Origin: Chthonomonadales bacterium
GTDB taxonomy: Bacteria > Armatimonadota > Chthonomonadetes > Chthonomonadales > CAJBBX01
Assembly: GCA_037443035.1 (NCBI GenBank)
Contig: JBBIPC010000018.1
Span: 1-64,000 of the forward strand
Direction: 5' to 3'
DNA: 64,000 bases
A model generated the notes under the pieces. It saw nothing but the letters and a program-made list of their open reading frames with translations, was not told the DNA's origin and did no database searches. The position numbers and the translations under genes are program-made. Positions 47,243 through 57,160 of the stretch are shown here, in pieces (position 1 is the stretch's first letter; the number at the start of each line of letters is the position of its first letter).

Positions 47243-50200
47243 AGAACCTTGCCATCCGCGCTTCGGCAGGCACGGGGAAGACCTACGAGCTGGCCGTGCA
47301 GTTCATCGTTCGTCTCGTTGCCGGCGCTTCGCCAGCCGACATTCTAGCGACGACGTTCACGCGAAAGGCGGCAGGAGAAATCCTGAGTCGCATTCTGAGC
47401 CGAGTGGCCGGCGCGTCGCTAGGTGGAACGGCTCTCGAGAACCTCAACACGGACCTGAGGAGGGTCTGGCGAGAACGCCGTGTCGACTACCAGCCACTGA
47501 GCCTGGAAGACTGTCGTGCGCTTCTCGGCCGCATGTGCCGATACCTCCACCGGTTCCATGTCTCAACGATCGACGCTCTGTTTGTCCGCACCCTCGGCGT
47601 CTTTCTCCTGGAGGCAGGAACAGCGGACTTGCCGGCAATGACCGACGACGCCTCGGCGGAGATCCGTCGGGCGCGCACGCGGGCGATGGAAACTGTGCTC
47701 GCAAGACTGGCCCGCGACGAAGTTCTATCCATGCTCGATGCTCTCGTTGGAAACAAGAGCGTGCGCACCGTTGCAAGGAGAATGGACGACGTCGTGGCGG
47801 CACTCCACTATCTCTTCCGAACCGCACCGACGGATGCATGGGACACACTCGTTGTTCCAGGCGCGCCCCCTGACCTGGATGCAGCCCTCGTCCGTATGCC
47901 CGCTCTAGCCAATGAGGTGGAGGACAGCAGTCTCGGGCAGGCGTTACGTGTCCTCGAGTCCCGGGTACGAGAACGCGACTGGAGCGCAGTACTCGAGGCT
48001 CAGATCGTCAAGAGCGTCCTGACGGGGGATGCCACCTACTACCGCAAGCCTATGCCGAGCCAGGTCGTGGAGGTGTTGCGAACTATCGCCGAAGCCTCCA
48101 CCCATCACGTTCTTGCTGCAGTCAAGCACAAGACTCTTGGCATGCGCCAGCTGCTGGAAGCGTTCTCGCCTGCATACCTCCTGAGTCTGCGAGACCAGAA
48201 CTTGCTCCCCTTTTCCGAGCTTCCGATCCTCGTCGGGAGCGTTCTGGAGACACTCGACAACCAGGACCTTGCCTATCGCCTGGATATGAACCCGTCCCAT
48301 CTGTTGCTCGACGAGTTTCAGGACACGAATCTGGAGCAATGGCAGGTCCTCCGGCGGATGTTTCGCCTCCACGATGGACACCAGGCGGATGCGCGGCCGT
48401 CCAGCGTTTTCTGCGTTGGCGATACGAAGCAAGCCATCTACGGGTGGCGTGGGGGCTGCGCCGCCATATTCGAGCGGATTGACGAGGATCTGCCGGCAGT
48501 GGTCTGGGATAGCAGGCATACGAGCTACCGCTCGAGCCAGACTGTGCTCGACTTCGTGGATACGGTGTTCACGAACCTACGCGCTGATCCAGATCTGGCG
48601 AAGTTCGAAGCGGTTCTCCGACAGTGGGAAAGCCATTACGAACGGCACATGGCGTTTCACAAGGACCTGACCGGCTACGTAGAGGTGTGCTTCGCTCCAG
48701 ATGCGACGCGTGAGGCCCTGGACGACGAAGATGGGGGTAATGACGCCAATGGAGACCCAGCATCTGCTGCACCTGGCTATGAGGTCTGGGTGGCGCACAG
48801 AGTCGCCGAGCTTCACCAGACACACCCTGGCGCATCCATCGGTATCCTCATGCGGACCAACAAGGCTGCTGACGTCTTGGCTCTGGCTCTCCAATCCCTC
48901 GGACTGCCTGCGAGTCAGGAGGGTCCGGGAGTGTTGTGCGACGACCCGGCAGTCGATCTAGTTGTCTCTGCCATGCACTTGGCCGATCACCCCGGTTCGA
49001 CGGCGGAGGCGTTCCACGTGTACCATTCTCCGCTGCGGGATCTACTTCACTTCCAGGATAGGTCGCTGCAGACATGCGAGCGGGTTTCTCTCGCACTTCG
49101 CCGTAGGCTCGCGACACACGGCTATGGCGACACGGTAGCGTGGCTGGCCGCGGCTCTCGCAGAGTATGGCGATCGCCGCACTTCGTATCGCCTGACCCAA
49201 CTAGTCGAAGCCGCGGACGAGTATGACCGCCGGGCCGGTACTCGCCCCGCCGATTTCGTTGAATGGCTCCTGTCCACGACGGTCACGGACTCTGTACCCG
49301 CTCCGATTCGGATCATGTCCATTCACCAGAGCAAAGGTCTGGAGTTCGACATTGTCGTACTGCCTCAACTCCATCATCCGATCGGTGCTACTCCGCCGAG
49401 CGTACTGGTAGTACGTCGCGGGGAGACAGGCCCTGTCCAGGAAATCCACGCCTACGCTGGCGGGGCCATCCAAGCAGTATCGCGGCAACTTCAGGATGCG
49501 TATCGTCAACATGCGTCACGGGAGCTGCAGGATGCGTTGAACCTGCTGTACGTGGCGATGACCCGCGCACGCCGAGGGCTTCACGTGTTCATGCCTGCAC
49601 GCAAGCTCAAGAAGAATGGCGAACCGACGAAGCTGCGGTTATCTGCTCAGAGCATCCTGCTTAGCGCTCTGCAACAGCCAGGTGCGGCATCCGGCACCGT
49701 GTACCGCGCTGGTACCTGGGACTGGGACACGCCGGCTCATGAGCGAACGCCCAGATCTTTGGAACCGACGGATGTTTGGCCGACGAGAATCCGTTTCAAT
49801 ACAGCACGGCCGCTCCGTATGTGGCCGGAAGCCTCTCCGTCGGCAGCGGGCGGCGCACACGTGGTTCGTCCGGTCGAGATCTTCCGGCTCGACACGGCCG
49901 CTCGAGACCGCGGGTCCGTCTTGCACGCATGGTTGCAGCGCGTCTCTTGGTTGGACGAGCCCCTTCCGACGGACATAGAACTGCTGACCATTGGCAATGC
50001 CATCGCTCCGCGCAAGGACCGTGCCTGGTTTCTCGAGCTCGCCGAGGATTTCAGGCGGAAGCTACAACAGCCGAATACTGCCAGTGTGCTCGCTCGGCCT
50101 CAGGGCGAGGTCCTGTTGCAGCGAGAACAGCCCTTTGCTGTGAAACTCGGCGACCGTATGGTCCACGGCCGTATGGACCGGCTGGAAATCCACCGACTGC

Positions 50201-50430
50201 CTCAGGGTGCGACGCAGATCATCGTCACCGACTTCAAGACCGACGCAGTCCCCAGAGAAGCCGTTCCTACTAGAGCTGCCCACTATGGCGAGCAGATGAG
50301 AGCGTATGCGGAAGCAGTCTCGGTCATGCTGAACGTACCGTTGACTAGTATCACGGCCAGGCTCCTCTTCGTCGAACCCGACAGCGTGTACTCCTTCGCG
50401 TTCGGCAATACCGAGACGACGAGGACTTGA
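47239..50430 (+). CDS. addA: AddA-like UvrD helicase with C-terminal PD-(D/E)xK nuclease
   Basis: ASAGTGKT, TFTRKAAGEI, TID, LLDEFQDT, VGD.KQAIYGWRG, SYRS, SIHQSKGLEF, LYVAMTRA, GRMDRL, DFKTD and Q...Y. Confidence 0.85.
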   Translation: MKNLAIRASAGTGKTYELAVQFIVRLVAGASPADILATTFTRKAAGEILSRILSRVAGASLGGTALENLNTDLRRVWRERRVDYQPLSLEDCRALLGRMCRYLHRFHVSTIDALFVRTLGVFLLEAGTADLPAMTDDASAEIRRARTRAMETVLARLARDEVLSMLDALVGNKSVRTVARRMDDVVAALHYLFRTAPTDAWDTLVVPGAPPDLDAALVRMPALANEVEDSSLGQALRVLESRVRERDWSAVLEAQIVKSVLTGDATYYRKPMPSQVVEVLRTIAEASTHHVLAAVKHKTLGMRQLLEAFSPAYLLSLRDQNLLPFSELPILVGSVLETLDNQDLAYRLDMNPSHLLLDEFQDTNLEQWQVLRRMFRLHDGHQADARPSSVFCVGDTKQAIYGWRGGCAAIFERIDEDLPAVVWDSRHTSYRSSQTVLDFVDTVFTNLRADPDLAKFEAVLRQWESHYERHMAFHKDLTGYVEVCFAPDATREALDDEDGGNDANGDPASAAPGYEVWVAHRVAELHQTHPGASIGILMRTNKAADVLALALQSLGLPASQEGPGVLCDDPAVDLVVSAMHLADHPGSTAEAFHVYHSPLRDLLHFQDRSLQTCERVSLALRRRLATHGYGDTVAWLAAALAEYGDRRTSYRLTQLVEAADEYDRRAGTRPADFVEWLLSTTVTDSVPAPIRIMSIHQSKGLEFDIVVLPQLHHPIGATPPSVLVVRRGETGPVQEIHAYAGGAIQAVSRQLQDAYRQHASRELQDALNLLYVAMTRARRGLHVFMPARKLKKNGEPTKLRLSAQSILLSALQQPGAASGTVYRAGTWDWDTPAHERTPRSLEPTDVWPTRIRFNTARPLRMWPEASPSAAGGAHVVRPVEIFRLDTAARDRGSVLHAWLQRVSWLDEPLPTDIELLTIGNAIAPRKDRAWFLELAEDFRRKLQQPNTASVLARPQGEVLLQREQPFAVKLGDRMVHGRMDRLEIHRLPQGATQIIVTDFKTDAVPREAVPTRAAHYGEQMRAYAEAVSVMLNVPLTSITARLLFVEPDSVYSFAFGNTETTRT

Positions 50431-50454
50431 CTAGTCTGTGAATGATGGTACAAT
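50427..50454 (+). promoter_or_regulatory. Sigma70-type promoter upstream of the flavin oxidoreductase
   Basis: TTGACT (50427-50432), 16-nt spacer ending in TGG, TACAAT (50449-50454). Confidence 0.6.
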
Positions 50455-50562
50455 CTTCGGTGCCGGTGAAACTGAGGTGCGTTCGAATCTCGGTCACGCG
50501 GATGATGCTGCGCATGGCCACCCAATAACGAAGAACTCACTGCAGTCCGAGGAGAACTCAGC

Positions 50563-51558
50563 ATGAGCTTGTTGCAGACACCCGTGCAGGTCGGAGCAGT
50601 TCAGTTACGGAACCGGATCGCCATGCCGCCGATGGTTCGGCTTGCACCCCACGTTTCGCCAGAACTTGCGGGCAATAACGGCGAGTTCTCGGATGCATTG
50701 ATCGAGCACTACGCTCAGCGCGCACGAGCCGGTACCGCGCTGATCATCGTCGAGGCGACGTGCGTAGACCCGGCAGGTCGCGTCTGGCGGCAGGGTCTCA
50801 ACGCTTACGATGACAGTTACACCGCGGGTCTGGCACAGCTTGCCAGCGCCATTGCCGATGCGGGTGCGGTTCCAGGTATTCAGCTCGTCCACGGTGGACC
50901 ACAGGCCGATGCTGCGCTGTGTGGAGGGATTACCTACGGGCCGTCGGAGGTAGCACCGTCGGTTGGCCAGCCGGAACCCATCGCTCTATCACCGCAAGGC
51001 ATACTCGAGGTCGAGCAACGGTTTCTCGACGCGGCCTTGCGCGTAGCTTCGGCGGGCTTCCGCTTCATCGAGTTGCACGCTGCTCACGGCTACCTTCTCG
51101 ATTCCTTCATCTCCCCCATCCGCAATCACCGGACGGACGCTTTCGGAGGTTCACTCGAAAACCGGATGCGGATCATCACGGACATCCTCCTGCGGCTCAA
51201 GGTGCTGCTCGGCAATGCGACGGCTGTGGGCGCCCGTATCAGCGTGTTCACCCACATTGCGGATGGTTTCGGAGAGCCGGAGCTCCGGAGCATGATCCAG
51301 ATACTGGAACAGGCCGGCTCGGACTTCGTGGATCTCTCCATGGACAGAGTCTTGCGGAATGCCTTCGGAACCTCTCGAACGATGGGACAGATGGCACGTG
51401 CTGCAGCACATGTGCCCATCATCGTCGCGGGCGAGATCAAGACACCGGAGGAAGCCGAACGGGTTCTCGCCGAAGGCCATGGAGACGTTGTTGCCGTCGG
51501 CCGAGCCATGCTTCAGGACCCGCGGTGGGCCGAGAAAGCACTCGCCGCCACCGACTAG
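50563..51558 (+). CDS. NADH:flavin oxidoreductase (Old Yellow Enzyme family)
   Basis: LRNRIAMPPM, HYAQRA, IQLVHGG, ELHAAHGYLL..F.SP..N.RTD.FGGS.ENR and GRA...DP.W. Confidence 0.92.
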   Translation: MSLLQTPVQVGAVQLRNRIAMPPMVRLAPHVSPELAGNNGEFSDALIEHYAQRARAGTALIIVEATCVDPAGRVWRQGLNAYDDSYTAGLAQLASAIADAGAVPGIQLVHGGPQADAALCGGITYGPSEVAPSVGQPEPIALSPQGILEVEQRFLDAALRVASAGFRFIELHAAHGYLLDSFISPIRNHRTDAFGGSLENRMRIITDILLRLKVLLGNATAVGARISVFTHIADGFGEPELRSMIQILEQAGSDFVDLSMDRVLRNAFGTSRTMGQMARAAAHVPIIVAGEIKTPEEAERVLAEGHGDVVAVGRAMLQDPRWAEKALAATD

Positions 51559-51580
51559 AGCCGGGGAGGCCACCTGCTGA

Positions 51581-51934
51581 TCAGCGGCAGCACACCTCCT
51601 CCACGGGTATCATGCACAAGAAGACGAGCGGCTGATCACCCACACACTCGAAACGGTGGAGCTCATTCGGCGCGACCAGCACTGCATCGCCCGCCGCCAG
51701 TGCTTCCTGGCCATCCGCGAGCTGCAGGCGACCGTTGCCGCCAAGAATGTACACCTCGTGCTCCCAGGGATGCTGGTGGAGAGGTGTGTGTCCCCCTGGC
51801 TCCACGACGAACTGGCGCATGGCGAAGGTAGGCGCACCCTCCCGAGAGGTCAAGATTTCTCGGATCGAGCACCGCTCGGCGCCTTCGGTGACGACCGGCT
51901 TCAGCTCGACGCATGCAGTGGGCACTCTACGCAC
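51581..51934 (-). CDS. Cupin domain protein
   Basis: GAPTFAMR.F..EPGG.TP.H.H.WEHEVYIL.G.G and P.E.H.F. GTG start after GGGAGG. Confidence 0.85.
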   Translation of the reverse strand: MRRVPTACVELKPVVTEGAERCSIREILTSREGAPTFAMRQFVVEPGGHTPLHQHPWEHEVYILGGNGRLQLADGQEALAAGDAVLVAPNELHRFECVGDQPLVFLCMIPVEEVCCR

Positions 51935-53189
51935 CAGGAGTGCCTCCCGTGTCGCCGTCGCCACCTGTTTCTCCCGATCCACTCGTTTCTGGCGCAGGAC
52001 CGACGCCATCACTCATGGGCTCATCGGAAGTCGGGGGCGTCTCGAGGGCATCCGTCGCTGGCTGCGCCCCCTGATCCGCTGCGGAGGGTTTGGGCTTGTT
52101 CGGAGCTCTTCGTGCCCGAGCTGAACGGTACCGGCCATTCAGCCTCGCAACCGTGTCAGGATCCGGCACGTCTATGGTGATCCGGGCTGTGCTATCTGGG
52201 AAGAAGATCCGCCGGATCACCTCCTCCGCTTCCTCTCGCTTGACGCTGACGTAGCTGCGCCCCTCGACCGACGGCAGAGTCTCGAGGTGCACGTTCTCCT
52301 TTGGCAGCGACCTGGCGAAATTCGCAAGGGCGAACATCTGGTCTTCAGAGAGATTCGGGGATCGTTTCAGGCTGTCAGCCAGTTGGTCTACCGCCCCAGG
52401 AAGGCGCAGGAACGTCGAAGGATGCTTCAGCTTGACGCGAACTGCTTCGAGGAAGGCATGCTGCCTCTTGGATCGCATCTCATCACTGTCCGAATGGCGC
52501 ATGCGCACGTAACCCATGGCTTGGTAACCATTGAGATGCTGGTAGCCCGGGTAGAGGTTCACATGCAAGCCACCCCAGTTGTCGTCGTACTTCAGTCGCT
52601 TCTCCACATTGATGTCGACACCGCCGATGGCATCAACGACCTTGCAGAACCCATCGAAGTTGATGGTCACGTACGCATCCGTCGGGATCCCGAAGACCGC
52701 CTGAATGGTCTCGATGGTGAGCGGTGGTCCGCCGAAGCTATGGGCGGCATTGATCTTGTGGATGCCTCGACGACCAGGAATGTTCACTGCAGTGTCACGC
52801 GGGATGGTCAGAGCGTGAATGGTGCGGCTGACGAAGTCTACGTGCGCCATGAGGATCGAGTCGCTCCGGCCGTTTGTTTTCATGGGCCTTCGCTTGTTAT
52901 CGAGGTCCCGATCCACACCGAGTACGAGGACGTTCAGACTACGAACGCCTGGAAACTGACGTTCAGGAGTCCATACCTGCAGTGGGTTCTCACCGAGATG
53001 GCGCAGAAAGGCATTGCGAAAAGTCTGGCTACCCCAATAGAAGGTGCCAAACACCGTGCCCGCAAGCAGGAAGGTGACAACGACGAGACCTATGCCCAAC
53101 CAGCGAACAACCCTCCAGGCGAGGTTCGGACCGTCCGGTGTCCGACCCTGCCGCCAAGAGGTGGTGTCCCCTGTCTCACTTGTACTCAC
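51927..53189 (-). CDS. LytR-CpsA-Psr (LCP) family cell-envelope glycopolymer transferase
   Basis: N-terminal TM, NVLVLGVD, RSDSI, IPRDT, KINAA, GF..VVD.IGGV, YVR.R..D..R..RQ. Start uncertain: the ORF-track ATG at 53273 lies inside the promoter. Confidence 0.9.
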   Translation of the reverse strand: MSTSETGDTTSWRQGRTPDGPNLAWRVVRWLGIGLVVVTFLLAGTVFGTFYWGSQTFRNAFLRHLGENPLQVWTPERQFPGVRSLNVLVLGVDRDLDNKRRPMKTNGRSDSILMAHVDFVSRTIHALTIPRDTAVNIPGRRGIHKINAAHSFGGPPLTIETIQAVFGIPTDAYVTINFDGFCKVVDAIGGVDINVEKRLKYDDNWGGLHVNLYPGYQHLNGYQAMGYVRMRHSDSDEMRSKRQHAFLEAVRVKLKHPSTFLRLPGAVDQLADSLKRSPNLSEDQMFALANFARSLPKENVHLETLPSVEGRSYVSVKREEAEEVIRRIFFPDSTARITIDVPDPDTVARLNGRYRSARARRAPNKPKPSAADQGAQPATDALETPPTSDEPMSDGVGPAPETSGSGETGGDGDTGGTPGA

Positions 53190-53263
53190 TACACTAGCAC
53201 CCTGTAGTTCCTTGAGATCCGCCTGCAACCGTTCACAGCAACCCCCATCCGTCGCAGTGCTCG

Positions 53264-53293
53264 AATATAGCATCCGCTGGGAACGAGTGTCAA
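53264..53293 (-). promoter_or_regulatory. Sigma70-type promoter for the LCP-cupin genes
   Basis: Minus strand TTGACA (53293-53288), 18-nt spacer ending in TGC, TATATT (53269-53264). Confidence 0.65.
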
Positions 53294-53336
53294 TCTACCA
53301 TACGTCGTGTGAGCACGGCTTGTCAGCACTCAGACA

Positions 53337-54545
53337 CTAGAGCCGCAGACCTGTCAAGTCCAGAGGGAGGCGCCGATTCTCGCGGAGAATGGATGCCATC
53401 GTGAGGCGGGTGCGCCGGAGAGCAGCCTCGCGTCCGAGAATGGTGGTGAGCGCTCCCGCAACGGACCGCCTTACCGTAGGATTGGATGCGTCACCCGAAC
53501 AGATGGCAGTATGGAAGGCCCCTATGTTTCGGACGGCTCCTGCCTCGTAGAGATTCTCCACCTCGCGACTGAAGGCGTCGTCGGCGCTCACGAGCTGCGC
53601 ACGGGCGCTGTAGCTCAGCCAAGCGTAACCGGCATCTCCATGAACGTAGCAGCCGCAGAAATCGGCGGTCGAGTACTTGTCCGGCAGATGCTTGGCCCGG
53701 TGGTTCAGGAACAACCCATCAGCGAACTCGTACGTGATGGACAGGACGTCGTGGCTGTCTCCATGCGGATCCGGCCGCCCGATACGGGACAACCCCACCG
53801 CGGCCACCGGCACACGCCCGAGCACCCACAACGCGGCGTCTATGGCGTGAATGCAGGCGTTCCCATGGTAGCCGCTCCCGATGGCAGTGTCATTCACCCA
53901 GATCAGATGCTGAAGCCTGTCTTCGATCGTCTTCGATTTCGGTGGATCGGGCCATGACCCGGCTAGGTAGTAGGTATGCGCCGTCGCGATTCGGCCGATG
54001 GCGCCCCGATGCACAGCCTCGACCACGGCACGATTGCCAGGATCGGTCGGCATTTGGTAGTCCACCAAGAACACCAGGCGTCGGTCGGTGGCGCGCTTGG
54101 CCACCTGCTCTATCTTGCGGCAACCGGGCACGTCCACCGCCACGGGTTTCGCCATGAAAACGTGAAGGCCTGCGGCTACGGCAGCCTCGGCATGCGAGGG
54201 GAAGCAGTATGGCGGAGTTTCCAGCGCCACGGCCTCGACTCCCGACGCCATGAGCTTCCTGTAGCCATCGAGCCCGGAGAAACGCCGAGCAGGTGGAACG
54301 CCCAGTGTCTCGCCGCACCGATTCACCACATCCGGGAAGTAGTCAGCCACGGCGTGGATCTCGTAGCCGCCGTGCCGGGCGAACAGAGAGGCGATCCACG
54401 CTCCACGCTGGCCGCAGCCGATAACGCCCAGGCGGATCGTACGGCGCGGTTGCTCCTGCTCGTTACGTGCTCCTAAGGCAACCGCCGCAGCTCCTTGCAG
54501 GAAATCCCTGCGCCCCAGTTCGTTCCTCATGCCAGGCTGCGCCAT
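53337..54545 (-). CDS. Gfo/Idh/MocA family oxidoreductase with twin-arginine-like N-terminus
   Basis: GRRDFLQGAAAVALG, LGVIGCGQRG, ETPP...P.H, HVFMAKP and IH.ID. RBS GGAGG. Confidence 0.85.
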   Translation of the reverse strand: MAQPGMRNELGRRDFLQGAAAVALGARNEQEQPRRTIRLGVIGCGQRGAWIASLFARHGGYEIHAVADYFPDVVNRCGETLGVPPARRFSGLDGYRKLMASGVEAVALETPPYCFPSHAEAAVAAGLHVFMAKPVAVDVPGCRKIEQVAKRATDRRLVFLVDYQMPTDPGNRAVVEAVHRGAIGRIATAHTYYLAGSWPDPPKSKTIEDRLQHLIWVNDTAIGSGYHGNACIHAIDAALWVLGRVPVAAVGLSRIGRPDPHGDSHDVLSITYEFADGLFLNHRAKHLPDKYSTADFCGCYVHGDAGYAWLSYSARAQLVSADDAFSREVENLYEAGAVRNIGAFHTAICSGDASNPTVRRSVAGALTTILGREAALRRTRLTMASILRENRRLPLDLTGLRL

Positions 54546-54635
54546 TCTAGCACCTCCGCTCGTCTCGGCCCGATCGGGCCTCCCTCGCTTACGATACCAC
54601 ACACGGCGATGACCGCTGCCCTCAGGTCTTGGGTC

Positions 54636-54665
54636 TTGCCCCCACAGCCGTTTGGCGCGTACAAT
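54636..54665 (+). promoter_or_regulatory. Putative sigma70 promoter of the acyl-CoA ligase-tdk unit
   Basis: TTGCCC (54636-54641), 18-nt spacer, TACAAT (54660-54665). Confidence 0.5.
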
Positions 54666-54797
54666 GGAGCGCTTGTCGTCTCGGTTCTGGCTTCCGAGTC
54701 ATGATGTGACCGGCATGCCGCGCGACGTGACACGTACCGAGACGCGCCAACATCCTTTCGCCGAGTGTGACGGGCGATGTGAAAAGGAGCGCTGTCC

Positions 54798-56339
54798 GTG
54801 GTTCTCTACGACCTCATTCAGCAAGGCATGTCGGAGTACCCAGACCGCACCGCGATCCTCTACAGGGATACGACGGTAACGTATGGCCAGCTTGCTCAGA
54901 TGGTGCAGTGCTTTGCTTCTGCGCTGGGTGCGCACGGTATTGGAAAGGGTGACCGGGTCGGCATCCTACTGCCGAATATCCCGCCCTTCACGGTGGCCTA
55001 CTACGGAGCCGCCGCCATCGGGGCGATCGCTGTGCCCGCGAACCCGTTGCTGAAGCCGGCAGAGCTCGAATACATGTGGCGCGATGCCGACGTGAAGCTC
55101 GTCGTTACGATCCCGCAACTTCTCGAAGGCGCCCAGGAAGCTGCACGGCTGGTGGGCATCCAGCACATGGTCTGCGTCGGCGAGCGCGACGCAGTGCCGG
55201 AAGGCGTTCGCACGTTCAACGAGTTCCTGGCCATCGGTGCCCAGTCCCCCATGCCGGACTCCCGCCCGGACAAGCATGACCCTGCCGTGTTCATCTACAC
55301 CTCGGGTACCACTGGCCGGCCGAAGGGCGCGGTATTGTCGCACAACAACCTGTTGGCGAACTGCAGGCAGATCCAGGGCGTCTTGCACTACACTGCTGAC
55401 GATAACCTCCTCTGCGTTCTTCCGCTGTTCCATGCATTCGCCGGCACCGTTTGCCAACATGCGTCACTGTTCCGCGGCGCGAAGTTCACCTGCCTGGAGC
55501 AGTTCCAACCCGCTCGTGTGCTGGAGACCATCGAGAAGCAAGGCATCACCATCTTTCCGGGCGTGCCGGCCATGTTCGCCGCACTGCTGCAGTTCGCGTC
55601 AGACCGCGCCGACGCGTTTCGTTACGTGCGACTGTGCGTATCCGGGGGAGCCCCCATGCCCTTGGCCATCATGGAGCAGTTCGAGAAGACCTTCGGCACG
55701 ATCATTATCGAGGGCGACGGCCCCACAGAGTGCAGTCCCGTGACGTCGGTGAACCCGCCTTCGGGCATTCGCAAGGTAGGCACAATTGGTCTGCCGCTAC
55801 CAGGCGTCGAGATGCGCATCGTTGACGATCACGACAATGAGCTTCCGCCGAACGAGGTCGGTGAGATTGTCGTACGCGGCGAGAACGTCATGCTGGGCTA
55901 CCACAACCAGCCTGAGGCGACTGCAGAAGCCATGCGCAACGGCTGGTACCACACGGGCGACCTGGGCAAGATGGATGAAGACGGCTACTTCACCATCGTG
56001 GATCGAAAGAAAGACATGCTTATCGTCGGTGGCCTGAACGTGTACCCGCGGGAAGTCGAGGAGGTCCTGTACTCCCATCCGGCCATTGCGGAGGCCGCGG
56101 TGATCGGTGCGCATGACCCGCTTCGCGGAGATGAGGTCGTGGCCGTAGTGGTACTCAAGCCAGGCACGTCGGCAACGTCTGGCGAACTCCGCAACTATTG
56201 CCGGGAGTACCTCGCGAACTACAAGGTCCCTCGCCGCGTAGTGTTCCGCGATACTCTGCCACGAAGCGACACGGGCAAGATCCTCAAGCGCCTCTTGCGT
56301 AAGGAAATGGAGCTCGACCCCAACGGCGGTGGCCTTTGA
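54798..56339 (+). CDS. Long-chain-fatty-acid--CoA ligase (AMP-binding enzyme)
   Basis: YTSGTTGRPKG, LPLFH, SGGAP, EG.G.TE.SP, GW.HTGDLG, DRKKD, YPREVE and GKILKR. RBS AAGGAG. Confidence 0.92.
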   Translation: MVLYDLIQQGMSEYPDRTAILYRDTTVTYGQLAQMVQCFASALGAHGIGKGDRVGILLPNIPPFTVAYYGAAAIGAIAVPANPLLKPAELEYMWRDADVKLVVTIPQLLEGAQEAARLVGIQHMVCVGERDAVPEGVRTFNEFLAIGAQSPMPDSRPDKHDPAVFIYTSGTTGRPKGAVLSHNNLLANCRQIQGVLHYTADDNLLCVLPLFHAFAGTVCQHASLFRGAKFTCLEQFQPARVLETIEKQGITIFPGVPAMFAALLQFASDRADAFRYVRLCVSGGAPMPLAIMEQFEKTFGTIIIEGDGPTECSPVTSVNPPSGIRKVGTIGLPLPGVEMRIVDDHDNELPPNEVGEIVVRGENVMLGYHNQPEATAEAMRNGWYHTGDLGKMDEDGYFTIVDRKKDMLIVGGLNVYPREVEEVLYSHPAIAEAAVIGAHDPLRGDEVVAVVVLKPGTSATSGELRNYCREYLANYKVPRRVVFRDTLPRSDTGKILKRLLRKEMELDPNGGGL

Positions 56340-56348
56340 GGCAAAGCC

Positions 56349-56954
56349 ATGGCCGCCTCGCGCCGTCCACGGCGGATTGGGCAGCTGACCGTCATCACCG
56401 GATGTATGTTCTCGGGCAAGACGGAGGAACTCATACGTCTCGTGCGACGGGCGATGCACGCGCGCCGTACCGTACAGGTGTTCAAGTCCTCGCTGGACAC
56501 GCGATGCGAGACGCAGGTCATTCGTACGCACGATGGTGTGACTCTCAACGCGGTGGCCAAACGTACGGCCGCCGACATTCAGGCCGCGCTATGGCCCGAT
56601 GTGGATGTGGTGGGCATCGAGGAAGTGCAGTTCTTCGATGAGGCGATCGTGTCGCTGTGCGTGCGATTGGCAGACCGCGGGGTACACGTGATCTGTGCTG
56701 GCCTGGACCAAGACTTCCGGGGGTTGCCGTTTCGCTTTATGCCGCGCCTCCTCGCAGTGGCCGACAACGTGGTGAAACTCCACGCGATCTGCAAGAGATG
56801 TGGCGAGCCGGCGAGCCGGACACAGCGCCTTGTGGACGGCAGACCAGCGGGATGGGATGACCCGATGATCCTCATCGGAGCCGAGGAGACCTATGAGGCA
56901 AGGTGCCGACGATGCCATGAGGTCAGGCGTCGCCCCAGACACGTTGAGTGGTAG
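56349..56954 (+). CDS. tdk: Thymidine kinase
   Basis: GCMFSGKTEELIR, IEEVQFF, AGLDQDFRG.PF, KLHAIC..CG and YEARCR.C. Confidence 0.95.
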   Translation: MAASRRPRRIGQLTVITGCMFSGKTEELIRLVRRAMHARRTVQVFKSSLDTRCETQVIRTHDGVTLNAVAKRTAADIQAALWPDVDVVGIEEVQFFDEAIVSLCVRLADRGVHVICAGLDQDFRGLPFRFMPRLLAVADNVVKLHAICKRCGEPASRTQRLVDGRPAGWDDPMILIGAEETYEARCRRCHEVRRRPRHVEW

Positions 56955-57160
56955 GCCGTCCCCAATACGCGTCAGTTACCTTGATGCACGCAGGGTGATA
57001 TGTCTACCGCTGACAACATGTATAGCCCACCTGCGTGGGTCGAGCGCCTCCGCCGTGCGGGACCCGTCAGTCAGCCCCTCGGTTCATCGTCGCGCTCGTT
57101 CGAGCGAGGAGCATTGAGGCGAGGCCACATCATGAGCAGGATTCGAAAGGAATAGACGAT

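Noticed and set aside
50476..50492. tRNA-like GTTCGAATC
   Set aside because: Flanks do not form a 5-bp T stem, and there is no acceptor or anticodon arm.
50453..50556. FMN riboswitch-like fragments (ATCTTCGG...GGTGAAA...CAGTCCGAGGAGAA) before an FMN enzyme
   Set aside because: The conserved P2-P6 core sequences are missing, and the 5' fragment overlaps the -10 box so it would not be transcribed.
53190..53273. ORF-track N-terminal extension of the LCP gene (similarly for miaB, glcE, glcF, csp and 24091)
   Set aside because: The extensions overlap promoters or neighbouring genes. Downstream starts with an RBS or a stop-start overlap fit better.
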